Below, one piece after another: positions 41,895 to 57,310 of a DNA stretch of 64,000 nucleotides. Numbering within the stretch: the stretch's first letter is position 1; each line of letters opens with the position of its first letter. The position numbers and the translations under genes were made by a program. The notes under the pieces are model-generated. The model made no database searches and had not been told where the DNA came from. It saw only the letters and a program-made list of their open reading frames with translations. The DNA is from Octopus vulgaris (lineage: Eukaryota): NCBI GenBank assembly GCA_951406725.2, contig OX597818.1:104904001-104968000 (forward strand), in the 5' to 3' direction.

Positions 41895-42195
41895 CTTTTC
41901 TTTTCTTTTCTTTTAGACCTGGCTATCAGATGTTGTTACACATCGCTGGTTACAATGCGCTTCGCATTGTTTTAGCCTTCAATTGACGCCACCTCGCTGG
42001 CTAAGCGAGCAGACCAACAGAAGAAAGAGAGAAAGTTGTGGCAAAGGAGTACAGCAAGGATCGCCACCACCACCCTGCCCGAGTCCCGTGGAGCTTTAGG
42101 TGTTTTCGCTCAATAAACACTCACAACGCCCAGTTTGGGAATCGAAACCACGATCCTACGACCGCGATTCTGCTGTCCTAACCACTGAGCCATTG
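41895..42195 (-). mobile_element. tRNA-derived SINE flanked by 75-bp direct repeats
   Basis: Same family as 9445-9753; flanking repeats at 41820-41894 and 42199-42273. Confidence 0.8.
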
Positions 42196-42330
42196 TATTA
42201 TTTAATGTTATCATGCATGAAATGCTGCTCAAAGTGTTGCCTTCCATGTTTTATGATGTATGTATGTGTATATTTATATATATATATTGAGAGAGAGAGA
42301 GAGACAGAGGGAGAGAGAGAGAGAAAGGTG

Positions 42331-42411
<81 letters not shown>

Positions 42412-42824
42412 ATAGATAGATGGAGAGAGATATTTCCATCGAGGCCAAAGAACGATACATTGGGAACCTGAGAATAAAAGCCATTGTAATTAGCCTTTAT
42501 AATTAGCGAGCACAACCAATATATTGGTTTCAATTTTTGGCACAGGACCACCAATGTAGAAGGAGGGGTAAGTCGATTACACTGACCCCAGTGTCAAACT
42601 GGTAGTTATTTTATTGTTTTATCGACACCGAAACGATGAAAGGCAAAGTCGACATCAAGGGAAATTGAGCTCAATATATAACTTACAAAATATGTAAAAA
42701 AAAAAAAATTTTTAATTTTAAAAAAATTAAAAATAAAAATTAAAATTTGAACTCGAAAATAAATTGCAAATCAAGCAGTCCCACATTTGTCACGTAACAG
42801 GTGTTAGTAACGTTCTAAATATTT

Positions 42825-42989
42825 ATGGTTCTGCGTAGTAAGTAGCTTTCTTGCCAACCATATGGTTCTGGGTTCAGTCCCACTGCGTAGCACCTTGGGC
42901 AACTGTCTTCTACTATAGCCTCGGGCCGACCAAAGCCTTGTGAGTGGATTTGGTTGACGGAAACTGAAAGAAGCCCATCGTATATATGT

Positions 42990-43041
<52 letters not shown>

Positions 43042-43272
43042 GCGTGTGTGTCTCTGTGTGTGTGTATGTTTGTGTGTCTGTGCTTGTCCTCCCAACATCG
43101 CTTGACAACCGATGCTGGTGTGTTTACGTCCTCGTAACTTAGCGGTTCAGCAAAGGATACCGATAGGCTAAGTACTAGGCTTACAAAGAATAAGTTCTGG
43201 GGTCGATTTCCTCGACTTAAAGGCGATGCTCCAGCATGGCCGCAGTCAAATGATTGAAACAAGTAAAAGAGT
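42825..43272 (+). mobile_element. SINE of the 19174 family
   Basis: Full head, internal (TG)n and tail ggcgatgctccagcatggccgcagtcaaatgattgaaac. Confidence 0.85.
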
Positions 43273-43559
43273 AAAAGTGTATATGTGAGCATCCGTGGCC
43301 GTGTGTATGTGAGTGTATGCGTGTTTCGATGCAAGATGGAAACCTTTGCGTTGTAGATTGACTTGCTAGAAATAGCAGCCAAATTTTCCCTTGAAGCTAC
43401 CTTTTGTCTTGAACAAAAAATGGAATTGTAAATTAGATAATGCAATAATAACGTTACACCTGAAAAAAAACGAGAAAAGACACAAAAGGCATACACAAGA
43501 CTTGGTGCATATTTGAACAACCAGGTCTGACCCCAGGCAAAATGACAACATCTAGTTCT

Positions 43560-44592
43560 CTGTTTGTGTGTATGTACGTGCGTATGTGTGTTTGTGTACG
43601 TGTGTGTTTGTGTCAGTCTGTGTGTGTGAGTGTGTGTATTTGTGAGTATGAATGTGCGTGCTTATGTGTGCGTGCGTATGTGTGCGTGCGTATGTGTGCG
43701 TGCGCATGTGTGCGTGCGTATGTGTGCGTGCGCATGTGTGCGTGTATGTGTGTGTGTGCGTGTCTATGTTTGCGTGCGTATATCTGTATGTGTGTGAGTA
43801 TTGTGTGTATGTACGTGTCTATGTTTGTTTGCGTATGTGTGTATGTGTGTGAGTATGTGTGTGTGTATGTACGTGTGTGTGTGTGTGTGCGTGTGCGCAT
43901 GTGCGAGTGTGTGTATGCGTATGTGCGTGCGTGTGTGTGTGCGTTTGTGTGCATGCATGTTTGTGTCAGTCTGTGTGTGTGTGCGTATGTGTACGTGTGT
44001 ATTTGCGAGTATGAATGTGCGTGCGTATGTGTGCGTGTATGTGTGCGTGTGTCTATGTGTGTATATGTATGCGAGTATATGTGTGAGTATGTATGTGTAT
44101 GTACGTGTGTGTGTGTGTGTTTGTGTACGTGTGTGTTTGTATGTGTATGTACGTATACGTGTGTATTTGTGAGTATGTGTGTGCGGGTCAATGTTTTTGT
44201 GTGTATGTGAGTCTGTGTGTGAGTATGTGTGTCTATATACATGTGTGTGTGCGTGTATGTGTATGTGCGTGTGTGTGTGTGTGTGCGTATATGTCTCTGT
44301 GTGTGTGTTTGTGTGCGTGTGTGTTTGCGTGTGTGTGTACGTGTGCGTGTGTATTTGTGAGTATGAACGTGCGTACGTATGTGTGCGTGTATGTATGTGT
44401 GTGCGTGTCTGTTTGTGTGTGGGTGAGTCTGTGTGTGTGACTATGCGTGTATGTACGTCTGTGTGTGCGTGTGTGTGTATGTGCGTGTGTGTATGTGTGT
44501 GTGTGTGTACATGTATGTGTGTGTGTGTACATGTATGTGTGTGTGTGTACATGTATGTGTGTGTGTGTACATGTATGTGTGTGCTTATGCGT
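43560..44592. repeat. ~1-kb degenerate alternating purine-pyrimidine (TG/CG/TA) tract
   Basis: Read directly; recurring sub-motif gtatttg(t/c)gagtatgaa(t/c)gtgcgt. Confidence 0.9.
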
Positions 44593-45142
44593 ATAATAAA
44601 AAAAGTACAAACAAAAGCAAAGGAATTAGTGTATTGCGCTGTAGGGGAAAAGATGCATCAACGTTCAACATTTTAAACAAGAAGCCCTTTATCAGGATAG
44701 AAAATGGAAGAAAAAAAGTGAAAGAGAAAAGTTGTACAAGTGTTATTGTACCAGCATTGTTGGTAACGGCGACGGCGTTGAATGACTATTGAGCATGCGC
44801 AAAGCTAAATAGAACATGGAGTGGAATGCAGTGACAATCGGTGAGTGGTAGTATAGATGTGTGGAAGAAGTGTGAAGGAGATAATACGTCAATGTATATA
44901 TGCAAATGTGTGAGAAGAAGAAAGGAAAGAGTGGATGACAAGATGACGAGTTTGCGTGAACACAGTGGCATATATATTCCGCCGAGGTCAGTTCAAATTC
45001 TGCCGAGGTCTGCTTTGCCGTTCATCCTTTCGGTGTCGTTTAAATATGTACCAGTTACGCACTGGGGTCGATGTAATCGACTTACCCTCTCCCCGAAAAT
45101 TTCAAACCTTGTGCTTATAATCGAAAGGATATATGTATGAGT

Positions 45143-45600
45143 GTGGAGGCGCGTAGCCTAGTGGTTAGGGTGTTGAACTCATGATCGTAAGGTTGTGGTT
45201 TCGATTCCTGGACCGGGCGATGCGTTGTGTTCTTGAGCAAAACACTTCATTTCACTTTGCTCCAGTCCACTCAGCTGGCAAAAATGAGTAATCCTGCGGC
45301 GGACCGGCGTCCCGTCCAGGTGGGGAATTTCTACGCCACTGAAACCGGGAAACCGGCCCTTATGAGCCTGGCATGGCTCGAGAAAGTGGAGGCGCGTGGC
45401 TTAGTGGTTAGGGTATCAGCATCATAACTGTAAGATTGTGGTTTCGATTCCTGGACCGAGTGACGCGTTGTGTTCTTGAGCAAAACACTTCATTTCACGT
45501 TGCTCCAAGCCACTCAGCTCGTCCAGGTGGGGAACACATACGCCATTGAAGCCGGGAAACCGGGCCCATGAGCCTGGCTAGGCTTTAAAAGGGCAAATTT
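45143..45600 (+). mobile_element. Dimeric tRNA-derived SINE
   Basis: gtggaggcgcgt.gc.tagtggttaggg at ~45143 and ~45386, each followed by ttcttgagcaaaacacttcatttcac. Confidence 0.8.
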
Positions 45601-46169
45601 ATTTATTTTTAGATGTATGAGTGAGTATTTAGAAGGTTTATATTGTGTAAATAAAGGCTAGGTCAAGAGTATATATGTAGATTCCATCGGATGCAATTAT
45701 GTGGCATCAATGCGATTGTACTGAAGAAGACCACAGATGGGAAAACGAAAACGATGATTGAAATTATCAGTCGGGTTTGAAATGGTGTGCAACAGGTTTG
45801 AGATTCTCTCTGTAACTGCGTCGTCTTTTGTCGTGCAGATAGTCTCACAAATAATCAGCTAACTTTCGGCTTATTTTGGCTACATAACGGAGATCACAAA
45901 CATGATATTTAATGCAATATATGTTTAAGGTAATATATTCCCTCTCAATATATTTTAGATACGACTACTATCAACATAGTCTACTTACTTATGTAACGTT
46001 ACTTACGTAATGAGGAACCGAGTTATAGCATATAAAGAGAGGCTTCTGCAGTAGGGGGTGCATTGAAGTTCAATGCCTAGTTCCAGACACACGAGGGAGT
46101 GAGGCAGGATGTGTCGTTGTGGTAAATATAGTTTCCAGTATACTCTATCTTCCGTATCAATTGCTTCTA

Positions 46170-46202
<33 letters not shown>

Positions 46203-46326
46203 GTGTGTGTGTGCATATATATTTATAAACACATATATATATATATGCATCTATGTGAATATATATAAATTTATACATATATGTGTGTATATGTATGTAT
46301 ATATGATATATATACATATATATGTA

Positions 46327-46377
<51 letters not shown>

Positions 46378-46539
46378 GCATATATATTTATAAACACATA
46401 TATATACATCTATGTAGATGTATATAAATACATACATACATATGTGTATATGTATGTATACATATATATGTACGTATATACATATATATTATATATGTAC
46501 ATATATATATACACATGCATACATATACATACACATATA

Positions 46540-47453
46540 TCTACTATATATGTGAAAATCTGTGGGTCTGTTTGCATGTGGAATTGTTATCTAACTCGTC
46601 CTACATCGTTTTATCGATTTTGATGAAACTTGACATGTGAGTAGAATTCATGTCTGGAAAACTAGAGACATACTTAGATTGTTGAAAAAATCGATAATAG
46701 GGCCCCTGGAAGGGATTCTTATATCTACTACATATAACTAATATATTATTTTTAAATTGCCAAGGAAATAACTCATTCGCTCTTCAAAGGGATCCTTATA
46801 TATAGCCAAGGGAAATAATCCATTCATGTTCGTAAATTATTTGGTATAAATCAAATTGAGTATTCGTATTTCTTAGTATTTGAACTGTTTCAGATATTTT
46901 CGCAATTTGTCCAGTACAACGCTTAAACAAGTAAATAGTATTTTCCTAAACAATAGATTCACTTATTTCGGTTAGTGACTTATTCACGAATATACCGGCA
47001 CTAGCGCCACTGAGGGTAATATTCTCTGCGAACGCACAAAAGCCCTTTTCAGAGTTATTTACTTTGAATTGTTAATATCCTATATCTGATCAGCCTCTTA
47101 TTACGTAACATGCTTCACGATATTAGTATACATAGCTTATTAGTATTTCCTCCTAAGTTCTATGTACTCTGGGAACGTATTAAAGCACTTTTCGGAGCAA
47201 CTTTATTTAAATTCTTATTATTGGGTAATTAATTTCAGGTTATTACATAACTGATTTCTCAATTTGGGTATTCACAACTTATTGAGAATTCCTAAAAACA
47301 AAAAAAATAGTCCGGTATTCTCAATAAATGCACAAAAACCGTTTTAAGGGCTACATACTTTGTATTGTTGTTTTGGGATTAGCGAAACAATTATGAGAAC
47401 AGAAGCAAGAGATAAGCCCCGCTTTACTGAGAATTACCAGGTACGTCAGCTAG
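46540..47453 (+). mobile_element. Non-autonomous Helitron
   Basis: A|TCtactatatat start, CTAG|T end, with a degenerate subterminal hairpin. Confidence 0.65.
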
Positions 47454-47461
47454 TATGCATG

Positions 47462-47520
<59 letters not shown>

Positions 47521-47829
47521 CATATAAGGAACCGTTAATACCGAAACATTTATTCTCTCTCCATTTGTTTTTATCCGTTTCAGTCGCAGAGCGTAGGCTC
47601 GAAACGTCAAAGACTTTTCCATTCTTACCGAGCGTCAAACTAATACCCCAGCTTGTTGTTCCTTCACCTATCTTCATCTTTTGTTTTCTATACATTTTAC
47701 CATAGAGACGAACACCAACATCCCATGAGACAGATTTGAATAATGGATGAGAGATTTCTCCCTCAACATAAAACCAAAGATAGTCTGATTATCTCACAAA
47801 TCATGTATATATATATATTATATAAATAT

Positions 47830-48700
<871 letters not shown>

Positions 48701-48739
48701 TGTAAGATTTATATACCTATGTATGTGTGAGTGTGTGTG

Positions 48740-48817
<78 letters not shown>

Positions 48818-48954
48818 TCAATATATATAAGTATATTTGAGCATATGTATGTATAAACATATTTCTTAGACAGAAAGACGTTCACATATATATACATATA
48901 TTCATACATTCAGATACATATACTTATATATATACTCATATATGTATGTATGTA

Positions 48955-49049
<95 letters not shown>

Positions 49050-49127
49050 ATATACATATACATACACATATACATATATACATATATATATATTTACATG
49101 TATATATACATAAATATATATACATGA

Positions 49128-49181
<54 letters not shown>

Positions 49182-49495
49182 GTACAAACGAATACATACA
49201 TACATACATAAAAAGCTACCTCCCTCGGTTACTTGTGTAAGGAGGCAGACGTTGTTTTCCCTTTCATTTATGGGTTGGTATTTTTTCCTTTATCGTTATT
49301 ATGTGTGCGCGCATGTGCGGATGTATGAGCATGCGCATGTGTATGGCTCTGTGTGAGTATATTTTCTTCTTTTTTATGCATATTTAACAGATAAAAATAT
49401 ATTGCTCCAGTGTATAATAATACTGGTAAAAACGAAAAAAAAAACACCGCCATAAGATTTATAAATATACGTATTGGTATATCTATAGATATGTT

Positions 49496-49580
<85 letters not shown>

Positions 49581-49826
49581 ATGTATGTATGTATGTATGT
49601 ATGTATGTATGTATGTATGTATGTATGTATGTATGGTACCTTGCATTCAAAATGTCACATATTACAATTTCTTTTACCAAATTTATTCTAAATGTCTTTT
49701 CTTTCCATGTGCAATTTTTCTCTTTCCATCTTGTCTGATTTTTTTCTGTTCTTTTTTTTTTACCATCTGAGATTCAGATTCAGAAATGTGCTTTTAATAT
49801 GTTCAGGCTTCTTTCATTTTTTTCCT

Positions 49827-49939
<113 letters not shown>

Positions 49940-50161
49940 ATATATACACATATATGTATACATATACATATACGTATATATATATATATGTATATTTACG
50001 CACATCTATATATATATACATGTGTATATATATATATGTATAAATGTATATATATATATATTCCATTTATATATATAAATATATACAAATATATATATAC
50101 ATATAGGAATATATATATATACTCATATAAATGCGTGAATATATACATATATATGTATATA

Positions 50162-50235
<74 letters not shown>

Positions 50236-50355
50236 TACGTATGAATTATACATTTAAGAATATATAAGTAAATATATATTTGTATATTTTTACACACTCA
50301 CATATATCAAATGTCATATATCTTATATCTTACACACAGTCATATATAAAAATGC

Positions 50356-50402
<47 letters not shown>

Positions 50403-50887
50403 GATATACATATATATATATAAATACATACTTACATACGTACTTATATATGCTTATTATATACATACAATCATACATACATTCATAAATACATGCATAC
50501 ATACATACATACAGACATGCTTACATACGTACGTACATACATAAATGTATGTATATATAATCTTTGGTTTCTTGTTTCTGAAAGAAAGAAACAAAGATAA
50601 GTTTAGAAATAGATGACAAGACGAAAAAGTAATGAAAAGAGCCAAAAAATGTATCCGATTTTTTTCTTTTTTCTTTCTTTTATATATATATATATCGGAA
50701 ACATATACCGTCACATCACGTATTATATTGCAATATAGTTTCGTTTTAATGTCAGTCGAAATGGAAAACTGAATGCGATGCAGGATTAACCTGCAGAAGT
50801 TATTGTTTTTGTTGTTTCTCCCAGCAATATATTTTGTGGGTGTGTGTATATACACACATACGTTCTATTTCACAGTTACATAATAAT

Positions 50888-50946
<59 letters not shown>

Positions 50947-51159
50947 TCATCATCATCATCATATGATTAATAATATTTATTATTAATAATAATACTTATT
51001 ACTGTTGTTGATATCAAGGAGCGAGTTGGCAGAATCGGTACGGCACTGGAAAAAGAAAACTGTATAGCGGCATTGCTTCTGATATTACGTTCTGAGTCCA
51101 AATGCCGTTGCGGCCGACTTTGCTTGTGATAGAATAAGTACCGGTTGATCATTGTTACT

Positions 51160-51742
51160 TATTTTTTTACTGCCCACAAGGGGCTACACACAGAGAGGAT
51201 AAACAAGGACAGACAAACGGATTAAGTCGATTATATCGACCCCAGTGCGTAAGTGGTACTTATTTAATCGACCCCGAAAGGATGAAAAGCAAAGTCGACC
51301 TCGGTGGAATGTGAACTCAGAACGTAACGGTAGACGAAATACCTATTTCTTTACTACCCACAAGGGGCTAAACACAGAGAGGACAAACAAGGACAGACAA
51401 ACGGATTAAGTCGATTATATCGACTCCAGCGCGTAACTGGTACTTATTTAATCGACCCCGAAATGATGAAAGGCAAAGTCGACCTCGGCGGATTTTTGAA
51501 CTCAGAACGTAGCGGCAGACGAATACCTATTTCTTTACTACCCACAAGGGGCTAAACACAGAGTGGACAAACAAGGACAGACAAACGGATTAAGTCGATT
51601 ATATCGACCCGAGTGCGTAAGTGGTACTTATTTAATCGACTCCGAAAGGATGAAAAGCAAAGTCGACCTCGGTGGAATGTGAACTCAGAACGTAATACGG
51701 CTACGCATTTCGCCCGGCGTGCTAACGATTCTGCCAGCTCGC
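51160..51742 (-). mobile_element. Concatemeric SINE array (3 units, 184-bp period) nested in a + strand SINE
   Basis: gtcgacctcgg at 51294, 51478 and 51662. Confidence 0.85.
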
Positions 51743-52300
51743 GGGGGTCGATGTAACTGACCCTTTTCTCGGAAATTTCTGGCTTTGTGCCAAAATTCGA
51801 AACCATTATTATTGTTATAAGTACCCTGAAGAGTGTTATCCCCTTCAATACGCACACATATAGATGACAGAAAAGAAGATACGCGCTTAGACATGGACAC
51901 ACGCAAAAGAAACATATACTTACCAGGGCGGGCCTTGGGAGGGACAAGGCCCAATTGGGAACATTTTGTTGGGCTCCAGGTTCCCAACCAACTTGCTACT
52001 CGGAAATTCCCTCCCCCTTCACCTCGCAGTTGTTTCTTTTTTTTTCCTCGTTTTGTTTTCAGGTACTATCAGCTAATCTCGCCACGTAATACACTACAGA
52101 TGACTTTCTCCCTTTTTGCGGCATATTAGGTGACCAGAATAGTACGTGTTTTGTATGTTTAATAACTGCTACTTCTAGTATAATAAACAGCCACGTTAAG
52201 GACGGGCTACCTTTCAGTCTATTTAAAACAGAGTATAATGTGTGTATGCGTGTGTATATATGTGTGTGTGTATGTGTGTGTGTAGGTATGTATGTGTGTA

Positions 52301-52351
<51 letters not shown>

Positions 52352-52442
52352 ATGATGTATATGTGTACATGTATGTGTATGTGAATATATGCATATATAA
52401 TATATATATATACGTATATGTATATATATATATATATATATA

Positions 52443-52474
<32 letters not shown>

Positions 52475-52628
52475 CAAAATGAGAAAATGGAGAAATATAT
52501 CTAAATCAATCATCAACTATCAGATAATACCGAATCAATACTTTATTAAAACACTACACAATAGCAATGATATTATACATTAATATAATACAAATATAAC
52601 AAGACATAGAAATACATTTACAATGTAG

Positions 52629-52737
52629 CTGACAGCTGTTTCGGCCATGAAGACAGGTATGTCTCATTTAACCTATTAGCCATATAATGCAGGTATAAAT
52701 GAGACATTAACAAGAATATCTTACGGCCTCTTCAGAG
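52629..52737 (-). ncRNA. Type-I hammerhead ribozyme, canonical core, extended (~86-nt) stem II
   Basis: rc ct-CTGAAGA-GGCCgtaagata...atgtctcattta...taaatgagacat...tgtcttcatGGCC-GAAA-CAGCTG-TC-ag. Confidence 0.8.
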
Positions 52738-53321
52738 ATTTTAATGCAAGTATGAGTACAAATCCTAAATAATTTACATATAAATATAAATATGTGTGCA
52801 TACATACTCATATTCTTACATATATATATACACACAATAATACAATATAAACAATATAGATCAATATACATCAACAAACACAATAATGTTCCATATTGAA
52901 CTCCACAGCTCCTCAACCAACATCAAGAAACCACAACAGACACACTCACACTCAATGCAGGCATATATATTAAACAGTCCAATATATTAAAATGCGGATG
53001 TCCGCTTGCATTGGATGGTACCGTGGTGGTGGTATTAACTTTATTGACTTTTTGTGAAATGACACATTTTAATATATTGGACTGTTTAATATATATGCCT
53101 GCATTTAGTGTGAGTGTGTCTGTTGTGGTTTCTTGATGTTGGTTGAGGAGCTGTGGAGTTCAATATGGAACATTATTGTGTTTGTTGATGTATATTGATC
53201 TATATTGTTTATATTGTATTATTGTATATATATATATATGTAAGAATATGAGTATGTATGCACACATATTTATATTTATATGTAAATTATTTAGGATTTG
53301 TACTCATACTTGCATTAAAAT

Positions 53322-53429
53322 CTCTGTAGAGGCCGTAAGATATTCTTGTTAATGTCTCATTTATACCTGCATTATATGGCTAATAGGTTAAATGAGACAT
53401 ACCTGTTTCATGGCCGAAACAGCTGTCAG
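53322..53429 (+). ncRNA. Mirror copy of that hammerhead, A6U core
   Basis: CTGTAGA-GGCC...GGCC-GAAA-CAGCTG-TC. Confidence 0.7.
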
Positions 53430-53756
53430 CTACATTGTAAATGTATTTCTATGTCTTGTTATATTTGTACTATATTAATGTATAATATCATTGCTATTGT
53501 GTAGTGTTTTAATAAAGTATTGATTCGGTATTATCTGATAGTTGATGATTGATTTAGATATATTTCTCCATTTTCTCATTTTGTATTATTAATTTACGGT
53601 AAAAATAATTTTACCTTTGCCCACATAATACAGTAAATGAATTAATTGCATCGCAATTTTTAACATTTATGTATTAGCTTTGTTGGGTACTTCTCTAGCA
53701 GTATATTGGATATATGTTATCCCATGGAGGGTTGAATTTACAACCCCTATCTCATT

Positions 53757-53788
<32 letters not shown>

Positions 53789-53789
53789 G

Positions 53790-53972
53790 GGCACCGTCTT
53801 GGTGTCAGGTAAAAGCATCCAGTCCACGCTGAAAAGTGGTGGCGTTAGGAAGGGCATCCAGCCACAAAAACCATGCCAGACCAGATGGGTGCCAGACGTA
53901 CTCTTTGGCTTTTTTGGCCCTTGTCAAACCGTCCAACGTATACCAGCATGGAAAACGGACGTTAAATGATGA
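53790..53972 (+). mobile_element. RTE-type 3' tail/SINE fragment
   Basis: ggcgttaggaagggcatccagcc...ccagcatggaaaacggacgttaaatgatgat. Confidence 0.6.
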
Positions 53973-53991
53973 TATTTATATGTGTATGTAT

Positions 53992-54055
<64 letters not shown>

Positions 54056-54733
54056 ACTTTCTGAAACATGGATAATTTTTTAATAAAATACAAAATGGGA
54101 CAAGAACGCAAAACATCCGGACAACTAGGTGATACAAAAAGGGACAACAAAACATTCAGATAGATGATACAAAGAAAACAAGGGTGGATCATTCGAAGTT
54201 TTCTATCTTCAGTCAGGAACCAGTTTATTCTCGCAATTTCGGCTGATTATTTTTGAGATTGCTCCAATCTGGCCTGCCCCAAGGAAAAACCAACCTAAGA
54301 GCATTATATTCCTTTAAAGAAAGCATCGAATGTATACAAAAACAAGGACGGAAAGAACGGACAATGTTACACAAATATAAATACAATAAAAAAATACAGT
54401 AAAAATAATAACAGGACATAACAACAGGTTTCTTTCGACTAAGGACGAATTGAATTAAACTGGCATCTACTTATATAATAAATTTCTTGATAAATAATGA
54501 ATATTTCTTAGCCTTAATTAGCTCCCTATTTGTTGTTTTATGTAATAGTATTCTAAATATAGCAGGTGATTTGTAGTACTTATTATATTAGTTTATTTTA
54601 GTTATTTAGGTTCTGTTTTTAATTATAGTTAGATTATATATAGTTGTTCATTTTATTACTAAATATTTTATTACTAAATATATTTTTAATAAATATTTAA
54701 TGGTTTATTGAATATAGAGTCTGATATTTCAAT

Positions 54734-54802
54734 TACCTGAAAATTGACTGTAACCATAACTCGAATTATTACGAATTGGACAGCCATGAAACGATCGTAG
54801 TG
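54734..54802 (+). ncRNA. Hammerhead-like motif (C3/A8 core, long stem II)
   Basis: tac-CTGAAAA-ttgactgt...acagccat-GAAA-CGATCG-TA-gtg. Confidence 0.6.
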
Positions 54803-54933
54803 TTTTACTCATTATCTTTTATTAAACTTTTAATACTTTTGATATATATTTAAAATAATATAAATTAATTAATTTTATGTATTGGCTTAAGTTTTTCATT
54901 GTTTGATTTGCCTAATAGTGGTTTTATCTCTAA

Positions 54934-54973
<40 letters not shown>

Positions 54974-55738
54974 AGGAAAAATTTTTTAAAAATGCAGAAT
55001 GCTCAAATGAAAGAAAATTTTAATAAAATGATAAAATGATAAAATATATAAATATATATATTTATTCAACCGGTTTTCGTCAATGTATGACTTGTCAAGA
55101 ATATTTATGTTTTAAGAAGTTTTTTTAAAAATTAGAAAGGGGAAAAAAAGAAAATTGCAATGTTTTTTGTAAAAGAATAATGATAAAAATGTACAAAAAT
55201 TAAAAAATAAGTTCTCCGATACATTGTGAGTTCGTTGTGTATCTTGAGTTTTATGGTTGTTTACCAAAAAATTACCTTGAGGTGTTAAGATCCAAAGGGA
55301 TTAAGAGCATGTGATGTGTTGTGTTGTTAAATTCAGCATGTTGCAGGACAGGAAGTAGTAGTAATTGTGGTCCTGGTTCTTCAGTTCCTGTGTTGTGAGT
55401 AAGGGGAGACAACTCTTTTGAGTTCTTCAATCAAACCCAAATTATAAAACTATCATTTTAGCTTCATTTGCATTATCTTTTTTATATAATTGCTTGTTAA
55501 CTTAACTTTCAGATTTTAACACTTTATTTATATTATTTTCTAATAATATAAAACTGCATAGACAATTGCATTTCAAATTGTCATATCATTTATAATAAAA
55601 ATGATAGTAGTAACAACAACAATAGTGAAAATGATATTTAAAGAATATAAGTTTTAGCTTGAAGTGGTGAATGCATGGTATCTTTATATATTTGTGTTAG
55701 TCCATCCATGAAGAGTGAGGTAGAGAAAGGAAGTTTGA

Positions 55739-57309
55739 TCAACGAGGAGTTTGCATATTAAGTTGTGTTTGGAATTTTTCAATAAAGAGATTCTCCTTGT
55801 TAATTCTCTCCTGTGTGGTGATCCCGTCTTTACATTGGTAGAAGGGGAATATATAGAATTTGGGGTTTAAGTCTTTAGCACATGAGTCTAAGTGGTCACT
55901 CAGTGGAATTTGTCGGTATTCCGGGAGATTTATTTGTTCTTTATGCACCGTTACTCGTTTACGTAACGGGAGACTCGTTTGTCCCACATAATTATGTTGG
56001 CAACCAGCGCATGTGAGAACGTAGATAAGGTTCTCGGAGGAACAGGAGAAGTTAGTCTTGATTTTAAACTTCGTACCTTGTTTGAAGGTAAATTCAGAGC
56101 CTTCAAGTAGAAAGGGGCAGGTACCACAGTTTGAGCGTGCACATTTTTTTACTGTTGGGGGTGGATGTGGTGTGTGAAGTTTGGCATTTGTCAAGAGTTT
56201 TTTTAAAGATTTGTGTTGCCTTTTGCATTTGAGGATTTTGTGTGTATTTATAATGTTTTTCATTTTTGGGTCTGTTGACAGTAAACTGAGGTTTTGTATG
56301 ATTGTGGTGTATGCTTCGATATTTTTGGGGTTGTGGGTGGAAATGTATGGAAGTATTTTGAGGTTGTGTGTGGTGTTAGGTTGGGTGGTTATCAGTGTAG
56401 TGTTGTCTAGTTCTTTGGCGCGTTTTATTCCATACTCTATAAGGGTGGAGGGATATTGACGTTGTAATAGTGTTTTTTTGAGGTCTTGAAGGCGTATTTC
56501 TCGTGTTTTTGGATCCGAGACAATGGTGCATACCCTTTTAGCTAAATTGAAAGGGATATTTGTCTTGGTGTGTTTTGGGTGGCATGAACTAAAGAGGAGG
56601 TATTGTTGTGAGTCTGTAGGTTTGTGGTAGATGTCTGTTATGATTTGGTTCTTAGGTGTTTTTATAATTAGGAGATCAAGGAATGGGAGATGATGTTTGC
56701 TTAATTCCATAGTGAATTGGATGTTGGGATGTATGTTGTTTAGTATGGTTTTGAATTCCAGGAGTTTTCATAAGGTTCTTTCCATATGATGAAACAATCA
56801 TCTAAATACCTTTTCCAGTTTTCCATTAGGTAGGTGTGGAAAACATGTCCAAATTTCTGGCTTGATATTTCATAGAGTGACAGTTCGAAGTAACCCATTA
56901 TGAGGTTCGCAAGGACTGGTGCAGCCTTGGTACCCATCGCAATGCCACATTTTTGACGGTAGTGTGTGTCGTCGAAGAGAAAAAATTGTTTGTCAGAATG
57001 AACTTAAGAGATTCTGTAATAAAAGACTTGTTAATGCGGTCAGGGAATGTCTCTGGGTGTTTTTCTAGCCAGAAGTCAATTGCCTCTATACCATACTCAT
57101 GTGGAATGTTGGTGTAGAGGTTGATGACATCAAAGGATACCAGGAGTGCCTCCTCGTTAACTGTTTTCGGGAGGTGTTTGAGCATGTCCAGATCATCCCT
57201 AATGAAACTTTTGATGTGGGTAAGGGAAGGTTTCAAAAGGATGTCTAGGAAGTTACTCAGGCGGTGTGTTTCACAGGAGGTACCAGCCACGATGGGCCTT
57301 AGTTTTAGG
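55739..57309 (-). pseudogene. PLE RT + Cys-rich linker + GIY-YIG ORF, 5'-truncated, two 1-nt homopolymer frameshifts
   Basis: LRPIVAG, SFDVINLYTNIP, GIAMGTKAAP, WKRYLDDCF, LPFLDL, SCHPKH, KCARSNCGTCP, NLIYVLTCAGCQHNYVGQT..LRKRVTVH. Confidence 0.95.
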
Positions 57310-57310
57310 C

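Larger units (their letters stand above)
52472..53762. mobile_element. Fold-back PLE 3'-region insertion: ~520-bp inverted arms (52472-52994 / 53065-53586), 70-nt spacer, in (TA)n
   Basis: Near-identical reverse-complement arms (mirror ORFs 52707-52916 and 53143-53352), each with a hammerhead; the right arm continues ~175 nt to (TA)n. Confidence 0.9.

Noticed and set aside
43542-44792. Cys/Val- and His/Thr-rich ORFs in many frames
   Set aside because: Translation of a degenerate (TG)n tract.
46001-46170. Possible minus-strand exon (ag...|gtaagt) with one open frame
   Set aside because: No polypyrimidine tract, no recognisable peptide and no partner exons; would need RNA-seq.
52707-53352. 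Twin 69-aa ORFs on opposite strands
   Set aside because: By-product of the inverted repeat in a non-coding PLE-type 3' region.
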